64,000 nucleotides of DNA from Daphnia carinata (Eukaryota), in the NCBI RefSeq assembly GCF_022539665.2, contig NC_081331.1:7998001-8062000 (forward strand). Reading direction: 5' to 3'. The notes below the pieces were generated by a model. It was not told where the DNA came from, made no database searches, and worked only from the letters and a program-made list of their open reading frames with translations. Position numbers and translations under genes: made by a program. Each line of letters begins with the position of its first letter. Within the stretch, counting starts at the first letter, position 1. Shown here piece after piece: positions 32,244 through 44,729 of the stretch.

Positions 32244-35200
32244 CAATGAATGATCAATCAGTTTGCATTTTTACCTAGTCTTCTGAATGTTGATTGCCTC
32301 TACGAACAGTTTATCATGACATGTTAATTGTGAACAACACAGAAAGTTGTGTACTTATTGTTTTGTTGTGTGTTTAGTGGTTCACCGGTTGGTATTGTGT
32401 GATCGCTGTCTTACTGACTTATGGGATAATAAACCCGGTTGTTTCTATAACAATTTGCCTATTTGTTTTTTATTTTTACATCTATTGAGGTTATGGGTTT
32501 ATTTTTAATTGCAAATAAAAATTATTATATGGGCCAATTTCGATGGGAATTTATTACGATTTTCGTCAAAGCAACTTACCGAAAATCGTTGGAAAATAAC
32601 CAACGATTTTCGTTTTCGGAAACGTACCGTCGGTTTTCGTCGGTTTAAATCATGCGTCCCTTGTCCACCGCTTTCCGACTATTTTTCCGTACGAAAACCG
32701 TTAACTAAAACTAACAGTGTTGATGGCTGGATGGGCCATGAGTGGGCCGATGGGCTCGTCTTCATCCGGGTGCTACACCACTCCGGCATCCTAGTACACC
32801 ATCAAGGCTCCTGAGTACTACACAACGAAGGCGGAGTATTACAAGACAACATATAGTGCCCCTAGCTACTACACCGAGGGCCCCAAGTACTAGACGACCA
32901 AGGCGCCCGAGTATTGCACCACTACATATCCGGCTCCTATGCACTATTCGGAGGCACCGAGGTACTACTCCCCACCGAGCTATTACAGCACGGAGGCGCC
33001 GGTGTATTACACAACAACCTACGCCACTCCAAGCTACTACACCGAAGCTCCCACCTACTATACCACAAAGGCCCCGGAGTATTACACCACAACGTACGCT
33101 TCTCCGTCTTACTACACTGAGGCCTCGAAATATTACTCTGCTCCGAGCTACGCAACAACTGTGCCGTACTACACCACGACGGAGGCGCCCAAGTACTACG
33201 TAGCTCCAACATACTACATCACAGCTGCCCCATCTTACTACGCTAAGCCGACATACTACGCACAAGCCCCGAAGCCCTACGCTGCCCCAAGTTACTGCAC
33301 TACGGCTGCTCCGTCGTACTACGTGGAACCGCTACTACACTACAAAGACTGCTGAATACTACCTACCACGTACGCTGCTCCTGCTTACTACACTGAGGCT
33401 CCGCAATACTACACTACAAAGGCTCCGCAATACTACACTACAAAGGCTCCTGAATACACCACAACGTATTATTAATAATTAGTATTATTAATCGTGAAAA
33501 ATTGTGTTATCCGTCAAGCTCGACGACGGAAGAGTTAGATCTTGTTTTATTATTTGCTGTCCTCGTTCCTCGAAATGAATATTTCCCTGCCATGTATTTA
33601 CGCATTAACTAGTCGTTCCATACAAATGTGGTTTATTGGTGGTTTATAGGCTACATGGAATCTCGAATACAGCTATAATGCTGTTACCAAATCAATTTGT
33701 TTTTATTCTTTATCCCATAAAGTGGATGAAGCGATTTGAATTTGTGTTCGTACAACATAGTAATTTCTTAGCACGATTATGCATTAGTTCATATTTACAA
33801 GAATATACCATGCGTGTTTATAAATTTATCATGAATTTATATATTTAGTTGCGTAGCACAAAGTTGCATTAATTCACTGCGTTATCGCATTGGCATTGTT
33901 TAATTATTGTGGTTAAAATCCATTTAGCTTTCACGTTTTATGTTTGAATAGCATGGTATAGCGAAATTTTTTTTCAATTTGCATTTTCATCGCTAATGGT
34001 TTTTTCCTTGTTTCAACCTGAAATTTATACGTTAAGGAAATGCTCAAAATATTCGGCAGAGATAGGAGTTTCGGTTTGCCAGTTATAATTTTAATTATTG
34101 GGAAAATAGCCAAAATGGTTACGCTAAGCACTTGACCGACATACTAGTATCCTCCAGACCTGCCCGGATGGACTGAATCGTATAGTACAGCTATTGATTC
34201 GATCCATCCTGACATCAGCTGAGAGCTCTTACATTTCTATTCAGTTTTGCATTGGAATGGTGGGCCAATCCCATACCAATGCTTGACGTTTCGAGTTGTA
34301 ATTGCTTACAGACTCTTGGTTACTAGTATTCCCATCATTGGGAGGGTGCCATACCCAGTCATTTCAACTGCCGCTACTGTTAGATGTTCACGCAACTATT
34401 ATATACAGTGAATTACCACCCGAAACCATGTTGATAACTCAAGCCGGCATTTTCCATCTTAAACTAACTCCCATTTAAATTCGGTGAAACTATTGTACAA
34501 TGTAATAAGTGAACTATATCCAGAGAATGGTGATAAATAGCATACAAGGTAATTATAAAACAAAAAATTTAAGTAAATGTTTCAAATTTTAATTATTATG
34601 TAGCACTCACGAATTAGGGTGTGGCATCACGCACCGTTCATGACATGCAAGAATACTCTATATCTCCTGGTGGCCGATGTTAACACTAATAAGTTAACGC
34701 ATCCGCTAAGCGTTATTGTAGGTGAGAGCGCCAATATTAATAATCCAGTTCAATTTACAATTAGTTTCAATATTTAGATTTGTATTTACCCCTAAATATT
34801 AAACATTGTCCGATATCATTCTATCATTCAATCAATTAACCGTTGAAAAAAAAGAGCAAGTGTGGTATCCTTATTGCTTATTTCTGACAATTATTGCCAC
34901 ACGTATAAAACAAAAAATTTAAGTCAATGTTTCAAATTTTAATTATTATGTAGCACTCACGAATTAGGGTGTGGCATCACGCACCGTGAATGATATGCAA
35001 AAATACTCCATATCACCTTGCGGCTGATATTGGCATTAATGAGTTCATGCATTGGCTGGGTGTTATTCCACTTGTGTAGGGAAAATAAGTTGGAGACAAT
35101 CTAGGATCGCCATTACTTATTTTTGGCATTTGTATACACCTATAAGTAGTGCTGTATCCAGCTCATTGTGTCTAGTGGGCCATAATACTTCAATGATCCA

Positions 35201-36060
35201 GCTTTCTGAATTTCCGCATTTGACAACAATGACCTAGGCCACATTCCCAGGACTCATCAAGTCTATTTGACAATGGTTGTTTGTAAAATCGTAAGTACAA
35301 CCCATTCAGTTGTCACCATGAGTATTCCACAAAGGATTTCTTGAACGTTAGTTCACCTTTTGGGTTATGCATTTAAGATAGAGCTCTATACGTGATCCAC
35401 TTCCGCTTCTCGTTTTTCTGCTGCACGACATGGCTTTTGAATATGCATCTGGATGGATCAAAGGTGAATCTTTCAAATGATTTATATCTGAGGATGAAAA
35501 TAGAACGTTTTTCTTATAATGTCCCAATACGAAAAAGAAAAGATTACAGATTCATTAGTCGTTACACAAATTATATCTTTTGTGATTTCCTTGTTTCCTG
35601 GTAAGCCAAATCATAGGAATGAATCAGTGAGAGAACACATCTTGCAACATGGGTTTAAGGAAATAAGCGCGCAACTTGTTTTAATGATAATGTTACGATT
35701 CTGCTGGAAAAACATTTACACTTCTCTTGGGTATAATGCTTTAAAGTGAAATTAAAGTTTACGCACAGAATAAGCATACAGTCTTAATTCACGAAAAATA
35801 CGCCCCCCCCAACGCATGTCATAGCAACAAAAACGCCAAACCGTAAGTTGGGGGTAAGAATATTGGCTACTACGTCACTACCTGTCAGGTGCGCGTGTCG
35901 TAACCCGCAGGGCTAGTCAATCGAAACAGGGTGAGTTTGGACGCAGTAAAGTGAGAGGACAAACATAATTTGATTCAGTCTAGTAAACCATTTCGACTGA
36001 GCAAGAGCAGTACTACAATTCCCATCGGTTATTCACATCGTGTTTTCCAACTTTGTAATT

Positions 36061-36880
36061 ATGGGTAATTTAATGTTGAATTTTACTATATAGTCGTAGG
36101 AATTAAACCTGTGATCAATTTTAGTTTCAATCAATTGTAATAAATTGGTGTGTGTTTTCGCTGTGCTCAATTGGGGCAAGAGATTTATGTGTGTATATTA
36201 TCTTAATTTCAGCTAACTACGGCGCGATGCCGCTGTTGGCCGTTGTCTCTGTGATGGCTGGACAGGCCATGGGTGGACCAATGGGTTCGTCTTCTTCTGC
36301 ATACTGCACCAATTCAGCGCCTTACTACACCACAACCTATGCTGCTCCAGCTTACTACACCACCAAGGCTCCCGAATACTACACCACTAAGAAGACCGAG
36401 TATTATACACCAACATATGCTGCCTCCAGCTACTACACCAAGCCTCCGCAATACTATACGACCAAATCGCCGGAATACTACACTACAGCCTCTTATTACA
36501 CAACTACGTATGCTGCGCCGACGTACTACACAACGACATACGCCACACCGAGCTACTATACTGAAGCTCCCCCTACATATTATGCTGCGCCCAGCTAGAC
36601 CACCACTGCAGTTGCCTATCACACAACAGAAGCAGCCAAATCTTATGTAGCTCCAACTTACTACACGGCAGCTGCCCCGTCGTACCACGCCGAGCCGACA
36701 TACTACACTGAAGCCCCGAAGTCTTACGCTGCCCCAAGTTACTACACCACGGCTGCTACTTCGTACTACGTGGAACCTACCTACTACACCACAACTTATG
36801 CTGCCCCGTTTTACTACACAGAGGCTCCTCAATACTAGAGGCTGCTGAATACTACACCACAACTTACGCCGCTCCACAGT
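36061..36880 (+). pseudogene. Secreted YYTT-repeat protein, copy 2, with premature stops
   Basis: ATG-G micro-exon at 36061, exon 2 from 36213 (ANYGAMPLLAVVSVMAGQAMGGPMG), in-frame TAG at 36596 and ~36836. Confidence 0.8.
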
Positions 36881-36887
36881 TCCTGAT

Positions 36888-37978
36888 GAAGTGACGAAAG
36901 GGCCGCACTACCATGTTACACTGATAAACCGCGAAGGAAGCGAGCCCCAAAATTTAGCTCAACAATTGATAGAGCAAAATTATGCCATTTCGCTAGAAAA
37001 CGATGAAGATTTTCGTGCAATCGAACGCAACTCGGCTGCAATCAAGAAGGAGGCTGAAGAAAATGAGTTACGAGGCAAAATGTGCAAATCGCAACACCTG
37101 GACGATGCAGAAGATGACCTGAAATTTGATGTTTCGCCTGGTTGGATTGACCTCTTTCCGAAATCTCAAGAAAGTGACGATACTAACTCAAATACCGATT
37201 CTCGTCGATCTGACGAGGCATCTGGTGAAAGTGGCCCAGCATCAGAAGAGAAGCTGGTGGTGCAGCAAATTGTACATGGAAATCAAATTTAGCGCTAATC
37301 GGTTACACGAAGCCTTTGAAGGACAGTTTTGAGTCGCTTCCCTACAACGAAATGGGCACATGTGATCATAAATTGTCAAAACATAGACATTTTCGTATTT
37401 CAATAGGATGTTTGTGTAACGTTCGTTGTGGGCCACCTGAGCGATTATACCATTGAACTTTCGGAGAACCATTTGAGCTTCGTGGCCGATGTTAATGGAT
37501 TGAGGTAGTAATCTTTTGCGATACAATGTTAACGTGTTGAAATGTATTACCTTAACCATTGTGTCGTTTTACAATTCGGCGTAGATATGAACTGAACACG
37601 TTCACGTATGGCTACATAGTTCCAGAAAAAAGCTCCCATTGCATCGTTAGTTGCGGAGTAAAAGCGACGCTCCGGAAGCAAGAAATAGGTTCAACATAGA
37701 TCCGCTTCATGCAATCCGCCTTAAAGCAACCTTGGCTGACTCGTGATTTTGACTATTGGTTGATTAATAATTCGTCAGACGATGAGCAGCAATTGGAGCC
37801 AAGAGTAGACCCAAGTAGGAAGCTTTTTTTATTAACAAAAAATCAGGTGTATTGCTGAAATATTTTGATTTTGATTTATTCAGAATTCGCATTCGACGAA
37901 GAACAACTCGAATCGTCATCAAGTGATTCGGGTGATGAATTTTGCATCGATGAAAAGTTGCTTCGTGACGATGACTAA
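36888..37978 (+). pseudogene. 3' fragment of a TDRD12-like gene (end of extended Tudor plus CS/p23 domain)
   Basis: NLAQQLIEQNYA (Tudor-SN end); DYTIELSENHLSF|YELNTFTYGYIVPEKS...LRK...*IRF...WLTRDFDYW (CS domain with a stop); acidic tail. Confidence 0.55.
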
Positions 37979-40764
37979 TTGACTAACAGCCAACTAGTCC
38001 ATGGACTATTTTGAACTATGTTATCAAGCAGGGCAAACTAATATTGAAGACACACCTTATCATTTTATTTCTGTCAAATCCACTTTGTGATCTCTTTACT
38101 ATTCCTGTTTTATAGTCATGGATGTAAGTATTTTTCATTTTGCCTTTTTTTCCCACCGCTTTCCCACTGTGCGTGGTCTGTTAAAATACTGGACCAACCT
38201 TTAGCTAAAAGAACAAAGGGAATGATTTTTTTTTTTTGCGTGAGTTGAAAAAAAAACCCGCAGTAGACCAAGAACGGAAAGAAAAATATAGAGAACAAGA
38301 AGAACATAGAAGAAAACGAAAAAAAAAACCCATGCAGAGAAATGTATGTCGTTCTTGTACAAGTGCACCCCAAATCTCTTGTCCTAAAGAATAATACAAC
38401 TCAGTTTCAATAAAACCTTTTGTTTGTATCTAAATAGACTGATTGCTGTTCTTTAGGATTATTCGGCGACTATTCAGTGAAACCTAGATGTTGCTTTCCG
38501 CGTATTTTCAATTGGAAATTTTGAAATTCCCCGCTAGCGGTGGAAACGCAGCCTGAGACGGTTATTCACTACACCATACAGTACAACAGAGGTGGGGTAA
38601 GAATACTGGATATTCAAAAAAATTCAACTTCTTGTTGCCCCTGGGCCAAAGCGATGAATCAGGGTGGCAGTAGCTGCTATAAAATGAGGCCATATCGAAG
38701 GTTGAAGCCAGTCGAGTGAGCATCTCAGACACAGTAGAGTACTAGCAGTTTCATAAATACTCGCCACAATCTCTTTTTGGCCTCTTCCACAAATACAGAT
38801 ACAGATCTATTCAATTACGATATGAAATTGTGTTCTGCCGAAGACGTAGAAAGGCCGTTGGCCTGACACAGATTCACTAGACATGGCAAAACGAAACACA
38901 GAGCTGGAAATTCATTAGCGTTGACAAGTACGCACATTCATAGCAATACTTGGCAGGACAATAAAAGAAATCTTCATACTTCTTGCCTATCCGTCAAATT
39001 GGTGATGAGGGATACGAAACATAAACAATCTCGGGCATCGCTGGAAAAGGGGAATGCGCTGACGCATGTACCTAACGACACCAAAAACCACTGATAGTAA
39101 AGCGCTACAAGGGTTATTGGGTGCAGGGCGCGAATGGTATTCTTAGACTTACGACAAAAAGGGCAATTCTTTATGTTGGTGGGGTTCAATAAAAGAACAT
39201 TCCTGCATACGAATTCCGTTTTGCAGGGATCATGCTTAATATAAAAATTGCAACTGAACGCTAAACCAGTATTACAATGGAATGCAATGATTTCCTCTAC
39301 TTGTGAACAAAACAAATTGGTTTAGGTGTCCCTAATAAAATCACAAAAGATGCAATGAAACTCACTATTGTGCTAACCTTTAAGTAATAAAAGAAACATT
39401 GGGTAAGTTCTTCGGGAAACATAAATTAACCACGTTTAGAGGAACCAATTAGTATCTATCAGATATCAGGACTGATGCTGGTGTTAGGCATTTTCGGAAA
39501 ATGACCGTTACATTATTTTTAGGGAAATATGAAGAGCTTACCTTTAAGACACAGAAGTTTGAAGTTTCAATGCAGTCAACTCTACATTCTTTTCCTCAAG
39601 GCTACTCCTCGTCATCCCGACACATATGACGTAAAGAGCGACGTTGGAAGATAAATGTTGCAGTTTAATCGGGGCTTCCCACGGTGATTTAGGACCACGA
39701 CAAATCATGTCAAGCAAATCATAAACATACACCTTCGCGATAGTGTAATTTCTATGAGGAGTTGACAGATCCTGAAAGAATAAAAATAAAAATAATAGTT
39801 TGAGTAGAAAGTGACAAACTGAACATTTTGGCACCTTGAGAAGACTCTTCTAGAAGATTTGAATTTCGCTTTATGCTTTGCATATTTGGAACAAATGTCC
39901 CTAAGAGGAAAGCGCTCCAAGGGCATCTTAACCATCAAACAGTGTGTCCCGTAAAAGTACAATCAAAATTTGAGTTGATCCAGAATTGATGACTTACAGA
40001 AAAAGCAACAGACGATAACAAGGCTTGAACTACTCCGGCATTGTAGCTCCAAATTCCCTTGCACGAACAATAAAAGAAACTTTTATCACATGAATTTTAA
40101 GGTCTCTAATAGTAAACCAACCTTATCTTGAGACATGCAGGCAGTTGGTTTCTCAATACGGTTTCCAACAAACGGTGTAGCTAGAATCGGACTTTCGTGG
40201 CCAGTTTAGAGAAGATTGCAAATCACCCTGCTAGCAAACATAAAAAAATAAAGAATTAGGCACAGAAAATGCTGCAGAGAAAGCCAAATGTACGTGCAAG
40301 CATATGAAGGTTACATTACCTTTCTTCCTAGTTTCAAACACGTTAATAGAAATAGAATTTTACCGTACGTGAAGCAAGGCTTAGCTGCTGAAAGTAACCA
40401 TAACATTAACAATAGACAAAAGACATCCTCTAAAGAGGAAGATAGAACGGAAAGGCGATACTCGAGAAATAAGAATACGATAGAATTTGTATATATTACT
40501 CCAGTTGACTAAACAGGAAAAATATTGTGATAATAACAACGAAAAATGAATGACGAAATTTTGAATAGGCAATGCGAGTTTGTAAGTTTTAAAAAGAATA
40601 TTGTAGATAGACTTCAAAATCTAAATCTAAACTCACTGGGAAATCAATTTTGTTTTCTACGTTTCCAAAAAAATGCTCCTGGTCTTGACTTTAAAAGAGA
40701 AGCATTACTGTGATCATTTTAAAAAGCGGAGCATTCGCTTACGATGCGACGGTAGCGACATGGA

Positions 40765-41258
40765 ATGGAATAGAATTTTGAAACGTAACATTAAAAAATG
40801 TCAAGCAGGTACACATTGCGTGTTTCTGTCTTTAGCGCGAAGACGAAGGATCCAGAAGGAAGGAAAGGTACAAAAGCGCTTCCTTAGTTGTTCTCTGGCG
40901 ATTCCTTGGACGACGACGAGCCTCGGACGACGACGATTCCTCGAACGACGGCGATTCCTCGAACGACGGCGATTCCTCGGACGACGGCGATTCCTCGGAC
41001 GACGACGATTCCTCGGACGACGACGATTCCTCGGACGACGACGATTAAAAACGACGACGATTTTCATGACGATCAATTCCTCGGACGACGGCGATTCCTA
41101 ATGACGACGGCGATTCCTCGGACGAAGACAATTCCAGCATTTCACCTACGAATGTTGAACGCCAACGAACAGACGACGAAGCTGCTGAGATTAGCGGATT
41201 GGTTGAAGCAGATGATGGTAGTAATTTGGGAAGCGAAGATGAAGCAGGTAAACTGAGT
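40765..41258 (-). repeat. Inverted duplicate of 63508-64000+, including the 18-bp minisatellite
   Basis: Near-identical reverse complement (ATGGAATAGAATTTTGAAACG... to ...GCAGGTAAACTGAGT). Confidence 0.9.
40907..41125. repeat. 18-bp minisatellite (GATTCCTCGGACGACGRC)n
   Basis: About 11 units, some degenerate. Confidence 0.9.
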
Positions 41259-41410
41259 CTTCATTTGTACATCACATTCGTACGGAACGACCAGTTAATG
41301 CATAAATGCATGGCAGCGAAATACACATTTTGGAACGAGGACAGCAAATAATCAAACAAGATCTAATTATCTTTAACTATTGAGCTTGGCGGACAAGGCA
41401 ATTTTCACGA

Positions 41411-42582
41411 TTAATAATACTTTGGTCGCTCAGTGTAATAGCTTGGTGCAGCATACAGTGTGGTGTAGTACTCGGGGGCCTTTGTAGTATAGTATTGGGG
41501 AGCCTCAGTGTAGTAAGCTGGAGCTGCGTAAGTTGTGGTGTAGTATTCTGCTTTCTTCGCGTAGTACTCCGAGGCTTTCGTCGTGTCGTATTCAGCAGCC
41601 TTTGTGGTGTAGTATTGCGGAGCCTCGGTGTAATACGCCGGGCCAGCGTAGGTGGTGGTGTAGTATTTAGGGGCATCGGAATAGTAGCTCGGTGCAGCAT
41701 ACTTTGTGGTGTATTCAGGAGCCTTTGTAGTATAGTATTGCGGAGCCTCAGTCTGGTAATACTTGGGAGCTGCGGTGTAGTAAGCTGGGGCAGCGTATGT
41801 TGTGGTGTAGTATTCAGCCTTCTGTGTGTATTACTCCGGGGCTTTAGTCGTGTAGTATTCAGTAGCCTTTGTGGTGTACTATTGCGAAGGCTCACTGTAA
41901 TAAGCTGGAGCGGCGTAAGTCGTGGTGTAGTATTCAGCAGCCCTCGTAGTGTAGTATTGAGGAGCCTCTGTGTAGTAAGACGGGGCAGCATAAGATGTGG
42001 TGTAATACTCAGGGGCCTTTGTGGTATAGTAAGCGGGAGCTTCGGTGTAGTAGCCTGGAGTGGCATACGTTGTTGTATAATACACTGGCGCCTCTTTGTA
42101 ATAGCTCGGTGTAGGGTAGTACTTCGGAGCCTCCGAATAGTAAATAGGAGCCGCATACGTCGTGGTATAGTACTCGGGCGCCTTTGTGGTGTAGTAAGCA
42201 GGAGCCGCATATGTTGTGGTGTAGTACTAGGGCGCCTTTGTTTTGTAGTATGTAGGGACTTCATACGTCGTGGTGTAGTATGTAGGGGTTCCAGTGGTGG
42301 TATGGTAAGAATAACTACGGGATCCAGACGAAGAACCCATCGGCACACCTAAGGTCGACCCAGATATCAGGAAGACGACAGCTAGTAGCAGCGTAATGCC
42401 ACAGTAACCTGACATAAAACAATTACATTAGTTAACGACATTCCGTAATGATATTTCCCTTAAACTCATTAAAAACAACCAGAAAGAATCACCTCACCTC
42501 CACGAAACTTTCATCAAATCAACATTACCATCATCAAATTGACTCGAATAATTTAACAAGTTGAAATGTATACTTTACCCAT
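41411..42582 (-). pseudogene. Secreted YYTT-repeat protein, copy 3, with premature stops
   Basis: ATG-G micro-exon 42582-42579, exon 2 from 42408 (GYCGITLLLAVVFLISGSTLG). In-frame stops at 42227, 41879, ~41831; ends PKYY*. Confidence 0.8.
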
Positions 42583-42610
42583 GATTGCAGGTTATTTAAC
42601 TCAGCTATTA

Positions 42611-44394
42611 GTATTTATGAAACTGCTAGTACTCTACTGTGTCTGAGATGCTCACTCGACTGGCTTCAACCTTCGATATGGCCTCATTTTATAGCAGCTA
42701 CTGCCACCCTGATTCATCGCTTTGGCCCAGTGGCAACAAGAAGTTTAATTTTTTTGAATATCCAGTATTCTTACCCCACCTCTGTTGTACTGTATGGTGT
42801 AGTGAATAACCGTCTCAGGCTGCGTTTCCACCGCTAGCGGGGAATTTCAAAACTTCCAATTGAAAATACGCGGAAAGCAACATCTAGGTTTCACTGAATA
42901 GTCGCCGAATAATCCTAAAGAACAGCAATCAGTCTATTTAGATACAAACAAAAGGTTTTATTGAAACTGAGTTGTATTATTCTTTAGGACAAGAGATTTG
43001 GGGTGCACTTGTACAAGAACGACAGACATTTTTCTGCATGGTTTTTTTTTCATTTTCTTCTATGTTCTTCTTGTTCTCTATATTTATCTTTCCGTTCTTG
43101 GTCTACTGCGTGTTTTTTTTCAACTCACGCAAAAAAAAAAAATCATTCCCTTTGTTCTTTTAGCTAAAGGTTGGTCCAGTATTTTAACAGACCACGCACA
43201 GTGGGAAAGCGGTGGAAAAAAAAGACAAAATGAAAAATACTTACATCCATGATTATAAAACAGGAATAGTAAAGAGATCACAAAGTGGATTTGAAAGAAA
43301 TAAAATGATAAGGTGTGTCTTCAATATTAGTTTGCCTTGCTTTATTACATAGTTCAAAATAGTCCATGGACTAGTTGGCTGTTAGTCAATTAGTCATCGT
43401 CACGAAGCCACTTTTCATCGATGCAAAATTCATCATCCGAATCACTTGATTCGGATAAATTTATAATATAAATTTTTAAATTATAAATTCATGATAAATT
43501 TATAAACACGCATGGTATATTCTTGTAAATATGAACTCATGCATAATCGTGCTAAGAAATTACTATGTTGTACGAACACAAATTCAAATCGCTTCATCCA
43601 CTTTATGGGATAAAGAATAAAAACAAATTGATTTGGTAACAGCATTATAGCTGTATTCGAGATTCCATGTATAAACCACCAATAAACCACATTTGTATGG
43701 AACGACTAGTTAATGCGTAAATACATGGCAGGGAAATATTCATTTCGAGGAACGAGGACAGCTCGAAAACACTGGGCTTTATCCAAAATACTTACCCATG
43801 ATGTGAAAGTTGATTTGATAATGAACGGCTGGATAACACGACTTTCGGTACTACAGTTGCTGATGGATGACTCCACTTGACTGATTCGAGCTTCGCTTTG
43901 TCATTGTTTTATATGTATTTGTGTCTCCCTAATGCACGTCACTAGCCTATGGCATTGATAATTGCAAGGGCAATATTATTCTTACCCCACCTTTATGCGT
44001 ATTCTCTTATGTACATTCTCTTCCCTTTTAGCCGTTGGCAATTAGGGTAAAAAGCCGCGCATTTTCTTGTCTTATAATTTCATTCAAAACGTTATGATGG
44101 TTAAAAAAAAAACCTTCGTAGTGCACAACTTTTGAAATATTCAAGCTTTATTTAGTAAAAAAACGGACGACGTGAGTGAAATTGGATTCACTCATCTAAA
44201 AAATTGGAGAAAAAGAGGGTAAAAACTATCGACAGAATTATGGTTTCTCAACTATTAAGACGAAACTTTCAACGCTGCATGTTGGTGCCACTTTCCTGCG
44301 AAGGCCGAACAGAGCTAAACCTTAATTGTGGAAATAGAATGCGAGGTAAAGGTACGACTCCGTATGGGTGTATCGAACCCCGCATACAATGGGT
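42611..44394 (-). repeat. Patchwork inverted duplication of 37917-38760, 33555-33843 and 29517-30147
   Basis: 42611-43451 = rc(37917-38760); ~43480-43762 = rc(33555-33843); 43762-44394 = rc(29517-30147); all near-identical. Confidence 0.88.
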
Positions 44395-44729
44395 ATGCAA
44401 CCTAGCGATCGATGTCCGTTCATCCCTGACCGGACGCTCGGTGAAACCAGAGCAACATGAGATGTGTCATGTTCCAATTAGAAATGTGGAATCAAAAAAA
44501 GTTTTTCAGATTGTATGCCTTTTTTTTCCTAAATTTTCTGTTATCTTCATTTTTCTTCTTTTTTTTTTTACAGGAAATTTTCTTATTTAAGAAGAACGCA
44601 TTGAACATCATGTAGCATTTTCTTCTCCCTTTGCTGTTTTCCTAGTGCTTTATCTTAGCACTCTATTTTTAAATTCGATGCCGGCTACTAAAGAAATTAC
44701 AGTAATCATTCAATATTGCCTATTTCAGG

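Larger units (their letters stand above)
30403..32719. mobile_element. Non-autonomous CACTA/EnSpm-like DNA transposon
   Basis: CACTGTTA...TAACAGTG termini, 2-bp TSD TT, subterminal TTTCGTCGGTT repeats. Removal restores the host reading frame. Confidence 0.85.
30110..33475 (+). pseudogene. Secreted Tyr/Thr/Pro/Ala-rich repeat protein (extensin-like YYTT/TKAPEYY family), copy 1, disrupted
   Basis: Micro-exon ATG-G (30110-30113), exon 2 from 30366 encoding a signal peptide split by the CACTA-like element (AVS|LMAG restored on removal). YYTTKAPEYYTT repeats with stops and frameshifts. Confidence 0.8.

Noticed and set aside
33900..35400. Exon-like minus-strand fragments with a ~350-bp-period duplication (34554 / 34904)
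   Set aside because: Many stops and no recognisable protein motif; product cannot be assigned
40673..41256. GRRRFL and PRTTAI repeat ORFs (also 63424-63987)
   Set aside because: Products of an 18-bp minisatellite open in all frames; no independent support for these frames
41377..42352. Long ORFs of 323 aa (-) and 285 aa (+), and similar ones at 32742-33265 and 36273-36877
   Set aside because: Off-frame or antisense shadows of the YYTT repeats; the signal peptide and splice phase identify the Tyr-rich frame
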